Assembly (NCBI GenBank): GCA_028704885.1
Contig: JAQWEN010000001.1
Coordinates: 523,107-587,106 of the forward strand
Length of the DNA: 64,000 bases
Source of the DNA: Candidatus Shapirobacteria bacterium
Lineage (GTDB): Bacteria; Patescibacteriota; Microgenomatia; UBA12405
Direction of reading: 5' to 3'
The notes under the pieces are model-generated. The model saw only the letters and a program-made list of their open reading frames with translations, had not been told where the DNA came from and did not search any database. A program made the translations under genes and the position numbers. Shown here piece by piece: positions 58,238-64,000 of the stretch (positions within the stretch are counted from its first letter, which is position 1; each line of letters starts with the position of its first letter).

Positions 58238-59821
58238 TTATTCGTTTTTTACCGCATTTTTGTTGATTTTGCTGCCAACAATAACACTGCTAGTTCTAAC
58301 TTCTCTAATAACGGTAACTTTTATTTGACCAGCCCACTTTGCCTCTTCTTCGAGTTTTTCGGCAATATTTTGACTTAGAACTTCGGCTTCTGAATCAGAA
58401 ACTTGGGTAGGCTCGACAATAACGACAACTTCTCGACCGGCCTGATAAGCAGCAACACTAATGACACCTGGAAAGGTATTAGCTACTTCTTCAATATTTT
58501 TCATTCTCTTTAAATATTCTTCATGAACTTCGTAACGAGCACCTGGACGAGCACCAGAAGCAGCATCACCAATATAAACAATGACTGATTCAGTTGAAGA
58601 AAATTCTTTGTCTTCATGATGTTCAGCAACACAAGCAATAACAGCTTCCGACATTTTATATTGTCTAAGTAAATCGACACCTAGATCGACATGAGTTCCC
58701 TCTTGGTCGGTAATAACCTTTCCAATGTCGTGTAATAAAGCGCCAAGACGAACAGTATTAACATCTGCTCGTAACTCATAAGCAATGGCAGTGGCAATTT
58801 TAGTGGCTTCAATGGTATGTTTAGCTAAATTTTGACCATAAGAAAATCTAAATTTGTATTTACCAATTTCTTTAATTAAATCGATTGGTAAATTGAAAAC
58901 ACCAACTTCTTGGGTAATTTTTTTACCTTCATTTAGAAGAATTCGGTCCATTTCAGTTTTAGTTTGAGCGACAACTTGTTCGATTTTAAGAGGTTGAATA
59001 CGACCATCTTTAATTAATTTTTCTAAAGATAATTTGGCGATTTCCCTTCTGGTGGAATCAAAAGAAGAAATGCGAATATCATTAGTTTCGTCTAATTCAA
59101 TTTCAACACCAGTGGCTTTTTCAAAAGCTCTGATATTTCGGCCTTCACGACCAATAATTTTACCTTTGATTTTTTCATCAGGAAGAGAAATAGTAGAAAC
59201 GGTATATTCGGCGACATAATCAGTAAGACCATGGCGAATATTATCAATAATTACTTCTTTGGTGATTTCTTCTTCTTTTTGTTTAATTTCATCTCGCGCT
59301 TCTTCAATTTTTTTAGCTACCCAAGCAGACATTCTTTTTTCGGTGCTGCTCATAACCAATTGCTTAGCTTTTTCAACATCAAGACCAGAAATGGTCTCGA
59401 GTTTTTCCATTTGTTTTCGATAAACATCGTCAATACTGGCTAGTTTGGTTTTAATTTCGGCGCTTTGACTGTCAATAGATCTTTCTTTTTGAATTAAATA
59501 TCTTTCTTTTTCATCAAGTGATGATAATCTTTGAAAAACTTCAGCTTCTTTGGCTTTAGCTTCAGCTTCGATTCTTTTAGCATTTTGAAGGGCAGCGAGG
59601 GCAGCACTATTGTCGATTTCAACTACTGGCTTAACTTGAACTGGATTAGAAACTTCAGTTTTATTGGGTGAAAAAACGACCCGATTATTATCTTTTTCGT
59701 CTACTTTTTGGGTTTCTTTAACCTCTTTTTTAGAAATAACGGCTTTAGGAGAAACTTTTACATCTCCTGATTTTGGGGTAGAAAATAAACCCTTAACTCT
59801 CGATAAAAATACATCTAACAT
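58238..59821 (-). CDS. rny: Ribonuclease Y
   Basis: Coiled coil, KH domain KGKIIGREGRNIR, HD motif LLHDIGK, ARPGAR; SD GGAGG. Confidence 0.95.
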   Translation of the reverse strand: MLDVFLSRVKGLFSTPKSGDVKVSPKAVISKKEVKETQKVDEKDNNRVVFSPNKTEVSNPVQVKPVVEIDNSAALAALQNAKRIEAEAKAKEAEVFQRLSSLDEKERYLIQKERSIDSQSAEIKTKLASIDDVYRKQMEKLETISGLDVEKAKQLVMSSTEKRMSAWVAKKIEEARDEIKQKEEEITKEVIIDNIRHGLTDYVAEYTVSTISLPDEKIKGKIIGREGRNIRAFEKATGVEIELDETNDIRISSFDSTRREIAKLSLEKLIKDGRIQPLKIEQVVAQTKTEMDRILLNEGKKITQEVGVFNLPIDLIKEIGKYKFRFSYGQNLAKHTIEATKIATAIAYELRADVNTVRLGALLHDIGKVITDQEGTHVDLGVDLLRQYKMSEAVIACVAEHHEDKEFSSTESVIVYIGDAASGARPGARYEVHEEYLKRMKNIEEVANTFPGVISVAAYQAGREVVVIVEPTQVSDSEAEVLSQNIAEKLEEEAKWAGQIKVTVIREVRTSSVIVGSKINKNAVKNE

Positions 59822-59834
59822 AAAACCTCCAGAT

Positions 59835-59938
59835 ACTTTTTACAGCAAAAACACACCAAGAAAAATGGCTTAAGTTAACAATGAGTCGGTATTTTGACTA
59901 ATTTGAATAACATATTTCGGTGCTTTGGAATAAAAAGT
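59835..59938 (-). ncRNA. Candidate 6S-like RNA or structured leader of rny
   Basis: Rod-like fold with central bubble; TATAAT at 59948-59943. Confidence 0.45.
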
Positions 59939-59975
59939 TAAAATTATAATTTAATTAAAAACTAATTGGTCTATT

Positions 59976-60626
59976 TTATCTAAAATTGAGCCAATCGTCA
60001 ATTGCAGTGTTTATATCGGAAATATTAAAACCACGACGAAAAAGCGAAGATTTTAATTTATTTTTTTCGTTATAATCGGATAATTTTGATTTGTCTAGGT
60101 TTTTCTTATCCAATAGAGTTTTGATTTTATTAAGGTCGCTTTCTTGGTTAAATTTAATTGACAACAAAGAAGTTTGATCAATACCTAATTGTTGAAGCAT
60201 ATAAATAATCTGCTGGTGGGATTTTTTGCTATTTTTTTTGACAAAATAACGGACAAAATCGGCTTGATTAAAAAACTTTTTTGATTTTAAATAATCAATT
60301 ATTTCTTGACTGATTTCTTTCAAATTTAAATTATTAAGGTTTAATTTATACTTCAAAATCATCTTTCTAAAATATAAATTAAGTTTTTGATTAATATTTT
60401 TTTCAGTTTTAGGAGAAATAGCAATCTGACGAAGAGCAAATTCGCGACCTTTAAACTGCAAAGCGGTTTTGATAATTAATTGAAATTTTGAATCATCAAT
60501 ATCTTGGTTTTTAATTAATGATAATTTAACAACATCATCAATAAAAAACGGAATAAAAGAATGGTCGGAAAAAGTAAGCCAAACTTGATTTGGAGTTTTA
60601 CTGGCTTTAATACTGGTTATCTGCAT
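59976..60626 (-). CDS. recX: Regulatory protein RecX
   Basis: Directly downstream of recA; ALRQIA..PKTE, LQQLGI, LFRRGF. Confidence 0.8.
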   Translation of the reverse strand: MQITSIKASKTPNQVWLTFSDHSFIPFFIDDVVKLSLIKNQDIDDSKFQLIIKTALQFKGREFALRQIAISPKTEKNINQKLNLYFRKMILKYKLNLNNLNLKEISQEIIDYLKSKKFFNQADFVRYFVKKNSKKSHQQIIYMLQQLGIDQTSLLSIKFNQESDLNKIKTLLDKKNLDKSKLSDYNEKNKLKSSLFRRGFNISDINTAIDDWLNFR

Positions 60627-61717
60627 TATTCTTCGACTGGAGCGTCTTCCGGAGGTTCTAATTTAACAGGTTCGGCATTTTCTTTAACCTTTTTCCAAAT
60701 TTGAGATTTAAGACTTTCGACTAATTTAGGGTTTTCTTTGAGGTATTTTTTAGTACCTTCGCGACCTTGAATATTTTGACCATCAACTTTGAAAAAAGCT
60801 CCGGCTTTAGTGATAAAACCATGTTGAATGGCAAGATCGACTAAACTGCCAAAAACAGAAATACCTTCAGTATTCATGATTTCAAATTCGGCTTCTCTAA
60901 ATGGTGGAGCAACTTTATTCTTAATTATTCTGGCACGGTGTTGAGAACCAATGGATTCACCGGAAGCAGTTTTAATATTAGCAATTTTACGCAAATCGAT
61001 TCTGACTGAAGCATAAAATTTGAGAGCTAAACCACCAGGAGTGGTTTCGGGATTACCAAACATAATGCCGATCTTTTGGCGAATTTGATTGGTAAAAATA
61101 ACAATAGTTTTGGATTTGGAAATGGCACCAGTTAATTTTCTTAAGGCTTGAGACATAAGACGAGCTTGGACACCCATCATAGAATCGCCCATATCACCTT
61201 CGATTTCGGCCTTGGGAACGAGAGCCGCGACTGAATCGAGAACAACCACATCAACGGCATTGGAACGGACAAGAGTTTCGACAATTTCGAGAGCTTGTTC
61301 GCCATTGTCTGGCTGGGAAATTAAGAGATTGTCTAAATTGACCCCAACAGTAACAGCACGGCTAGGATCGAGAGCATGTTCAACATCAATAAAAGCAGCT
61401 GTACCACCCATTTTTTGAGCTTCGGCAATAACGTGAAGACAAAGAGTAGTTTTACCAGAAGCTTCTGGTCCAAAAATTTCAGTGACACGACCACGGGGAA
61501 GACCGCCAACACCAAGAGCAATATCAAGAGGCAAACAACCAGTAGGAATAACATCAACGGTCATGCCGGCTTGTTTTTCACCCATTTTCATAATGGCACC
61601 ATCACCAAAAGCTTTGGTGATTTGCTCCATAGCAACACGAATGGCTTCATTTTTTTGAGTTTGATTGCCAGCAGCAGCTAAACCTTTGGCTTCTTTTTTG
61701 ATTTTCTTTTTGTACAT
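60626..61717 (-). CDS. recA: Recombinase RecA
   Basis: [50 protein letters not shown]. Confidence 0.99.
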   Translation of the reverse strand: MYKKKIKKEAKGLAAAGNQTQKNEAIRVAMEQITKAFGDGAIMKMGEKQAGMTVDVIPTGCLPLDIALGVGGLPRGRVTEIFGPEASGKTTLCLHVIAEAQKMGGTAAFIDVEHALDPSRAVTVGVNLDNLLISQPDNGEQALEIVETLVRSNAVDVVVLDSVAALVPKAEIEGDMGDSMMGVQARLMSQALRKLTGAISKSKTIVIFTNQIRQKIGIMFGNPETTPGGLALKFYASVRIDLRKIANIKTASGESIGSQHRARIIKNKVAPPFREAEFEIMNTEGISVFGSLVDLAIQHGFITKAGAFFKVDGQNIQGREGTKKYLKENPKLVESLKSQIWKKVKENAEPVKLEPPEDAPVEE

Positions 61718-61776
61718 ATATTTTATTAATATTAACGTTACAGTTATAGTGATATCAAAAAGAAATATATCAAGTC

Positions 61777-61803
61777 AAGAAGCAAAACCGAAGAAAAGCC
61801 GAA
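61777..61803 (-). promoter_or_regulatory. Direct-repeat operator upstream of recA (candidate LexA box)
   Basis: Minus strand TTCGG-N6-TTCGG-N6-TTCTT overlapping a TTGACT -35-like hexamer. Confidence 0.65.
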
Positions 61804-61819
61804 GATAAAGTCTTTATAC

Positions 61820-62986
61820 CTAATTTTTTTGGTCTTTTTCAAATTTTGATGAGTATCTATATTTTAAAATTTCAAAAAGCTGATTGGCTGAAGTTCTACC
61901 AAGACCTTTGGCCGATTGAAAAATTAAACCTTTAATCAAATGCTCGGCATCTTCTGGCCTAAACCTAATATTAATTGTTTTGTGCGGTTTTTCGGATTTG
62001 CCATAATTTTCATAAGACAAAATAAAATCCCCGTTGTGAGCAATATAGACACCATATTCTGCTTCGCCATCTATTCCTAATGAAAAAGGAGTATGTTTTT
62101 CTGTCTCGTCTGAATTATCTAATACTGGAATTGAATATTCATATCCCCAAAAAAATTGTCTTGGATCGTGATCAAAACCACCTAAATGTTCTGTACATCC
62201 TCCTCCGCCTTGTCCTAAAGAATGTCCCCATTTAATAAGTGATTTAGCTTTATCTTCTTGATATTGAGTTTTTATACCTGTTTGTTCAACATATTTCATA
62301 ACAGCAACTAATAAGGATCCTTCAGTAGAATGATAAGGATCAATAAAATTATTATCAGAATCCAAGACTGGCCTCATTTCAATTTCATTATCAAAGGGGT
62401 CGGTGGTGGGATAAGGAGTAATATCGGTTTGATATATTCTTAAGTCATAGTGTTCGCTTCCAGTAATTTGATTTTTGACTTCAGAACCATCAACTCTTTT
62501 ACTAATCCATTGATAACCATTTCTGTAATCTGATGGACATTCTTTCGACCTTTGGGTTATATAGGCTCCAACGGTTGTGGCCAATTCTGAAGGCGAGGAA
62601 AAATTAAATTTAGAATAATCCCACAATTCTTCTGGAGTTAAAATCATGGAGGCAGTGTCTCCCGTAAATAAGTCCATATCTTCTAAAGCACACTTTTCAT
62701 TAAAAGTTCCAGACGGTTTTCTTATTAACCAATAAGAACCTTGAGGATTTCTTAAAATTTTATTTAGAGTGCTTTGATATTTTTGAGCAAATTCTTTGGG
62801 AAAATGTTTATAGAAACCACGCTGTTTTAGATCTTTTACGGAATTAATTACTCCATCTTTATAACGACAACCACCAATATATGGAAGGCCATCCTCTGAT
62901 TTATCTAGTTTATCCACTCTATCTCTAATCCCTGAAGATTCTATCTTTTCAACTGCATTTGGATATAATAAATACTCAAATCTCAT
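61820..62986 (-). CDS. Hypothetical protein (388 aa)
   Basis: Long ORF with no motif I recognise, between recA and tRNA-Pro. Confidence 0.75.
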   Translation of the reverse strand: MRFEYLLYPNAVEKIESSGIRDRVDKLDKSEDGLPYIGGCRYKDGVINSVKDLKQRGFYKHFPKEFAQKYQSTLNKILRNPQGSYWLIRKPSGTFNEKCALEDMDLFTGDTASMILTPEELWDYSKFNFSSPSELATTVGAYITQRSKECPSDYRNGYQWISKRVDGSEVKNQITGSEHYDLRIYQTDITPYPTTDPFDNEIEMRPVLDSDNNFIDPYHSTEGSLLVAVMKYVEQTGIKTQYQEDKAKSLIKWGHSLGQGGGGCTEHLGGFDHDPRQFFWGYEYSIPVLDNSDETEKHTPFSLGIDGEAEYGVYIAHNGDFILSYENYGKSEKPHKTINIRFRPEDAEHLIKGLIFQSAKGLGRTSANQLFEILKYRYSSKFEKDQKN

Positions 62987-63066
62987 ATGTGACAGAATAC
63001 TAACATACTTGTGAGTCTATTAAAATTATTGAGTAAATATTTGATAAAATATCTTGTTTGTTTAAA

Positions 63067-63140
63067 CGGGGATTGGCGCAATTGGCTAGCGCGCACGGAT
63101 GGGGTCCGTGAGGTTGCAAGTTCGAATCTTGTATCCCCGA
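63067..63140 (+). tRNA. tRNA-Pro (GGG)
   Basis: Acceptor CGGGGAT/ATCCCCG, anticodon arm CACGG-ATGGGGT-CCGTG, GTTCGAAT; no encoded CCA. Confidence 0.95.
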
Positions 63141-63194
63141 CTTCACTGAAGCTACGTCGGATAAACTAAATTTTAGAGAGGTATAATTTGACAT

Positions 63195-64000
63195 ATGGCA
63201 ATTAAATTTGAAGCAAACGAATTGATAAGAGACAAACATTTTTTGGTTAAGAGCAAAGAGATAAGAAAAACGGTTAAGGGCGACGAATATTATATTCTGC
63301 AACTTTGTAATCCAGATGGAACAATTGAGGCTAAAATTTGGAATAATAATATTCCCCAATGCAATTTTGAAGAGGGAAAAGTTATTGAAGTTAATGGTAA
63401 ATCTCAAGAATATAACGGAAAAACAGGAATAATTATTGATAGTTGCCAAATTGTGACCACTGAAGAAGCCAGCGATTACTCTCCTTCTGTCCCCACTTTA
63501 GTTTTTGATATTGAAACTTTGGGTAAAAATTTTGAAGAGTTGGACGAGGTTGAACAAGATTATCTTTTGAATAATTTGGAAAAAAATGAGCCAGATAAAG
63601 AAATTGCTAAAAATAAAACAGCTTTATATTCTATTTTTGGAATAGTGTGTGCGATTGGAGCAGTGGATGTTACTAATAAAACTGGATTTGTATTAAGTTT
63701 ATCAACCAGAGAAATTAAACCAGAAAAAGCTAATTTTACTTATAAAACTTTTACCACTGAAAAAGAATTATTGGAAGAATTTTGGAAAATGACACCAAAA
63801 TATGAACAATTTGTGACTTACAATGGAGACACTTTTGATTTTCCTTATTTAATGATTCGATCGGGAATTAACCGAGTTAAAATGCCATTTGAAATAAAAA
63901 AATGGGGATCCGATAAATTTTTGGATTTACAAACTAGAATTAGACAAAGCCATGCTTTTAAGTTGGAAATGCTGTGTAAGGCTTTTGGAATTGAAAATCC
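63195..64000 (+). CDS. OB-fold plus PolB-related 3'-5' exonuclease (DEDD) fusion; truncated by the window end
   Basis: Open from ATG 63195 to the edge: MAIKFEANE...GTIEAKIW...VNGKSQEYNGK (YhaM-like OB fold), then LVFDIET (Exo I), VTYNGDTFDFPYL (Exo II), FLDL, KLEMLCKAFGIENP. Confidence 0.8.
   Translation, partial: MAIKFEANELIRDKHFLVKSKEIRKTVKGDEYYILQLCNPDGTIEAKIWNNNIPQCNFEEGKVIEVNGKSQEYNGKTGIIIDSCQIVTTEEASDYSPSVPTLVFDIETLGKNFEELDEVEQDYLLNNLEKNEPDKEIAKNKTALYSIFGIVCAIGAVDVTNKTGFVLSLSTREIKPEKANFTYKTFTTEKELLEEFWKMTPKYEQFVTYNGDTFDFPYLMIRSGINRVKMPFEIKKWGSDKFLDLQTRIRQSHAFKLEMLCKAFGIEN

Noticed and set aside
441-61681. Numerous 60-117 aa ORFs overlapping housekeeping genes in other frames or strands
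   Set aside because: They are shadow ORFs fully nested in well-supported genes and have no motifs.
63000-63449. 149-aa minus-strand ORF
   Set aside because: It is antisense to tRNA-Pro and to the OB-exonuclease gene.
1-64000. CRISPR arrays, rRNA, IS transposases, alternative genetic code
   Set aside because: None seen; conserved genes are uninterrupted under code 11, and TGA is used as a stop (e.g. uvrA, uvrB).

Overview
This is an AT-rich, gene-dense bacterial chromosome segment in the standard genetic code. Its gene content and organisation suggest a Patescibacteria (CPR, Microgenomates-like) genome; this taxonomy is inferred. It is mostly housekeeping: uvrBAC, tdk, comM-yraN-dprA, argS, lon, era, obgE, rlmN, trmD, gltX, aspS, recJ, cca, secDF, miaA, ychF, nadE/nadM, HU, rny, recX and recA, plus three tRNAs without encoded CCA and a very compact RNase P RNA. 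Stand-out observations: (1) a lone adenylosuccinate-synthetase homologue between lon and era carries the diagnostic residues of PurZ, the 2-aminoadenine 'Z-genome' enzyme known mainly from phages, with no phage genes nearby; (2) a small GIY-YIG nuclease is bracketed by a duplicated, hairpin-interrupted 5' part of tRNA-Gln and followed by a ~510 nt highly structured non-coding region; (3) a TasA/SipW-type fibre operon has two signal peptidases; (4) palindromic REP-like elements are inserted in frame in two tRNA-modification enzymes; (5) there is a 6S-like RNA candidate before rny, a direct-repeat LexA-type box before recA, an Erm-like methyltransferase and pervasive leaderless promoters. All calls come from motif recognition by eye; no searches were run.
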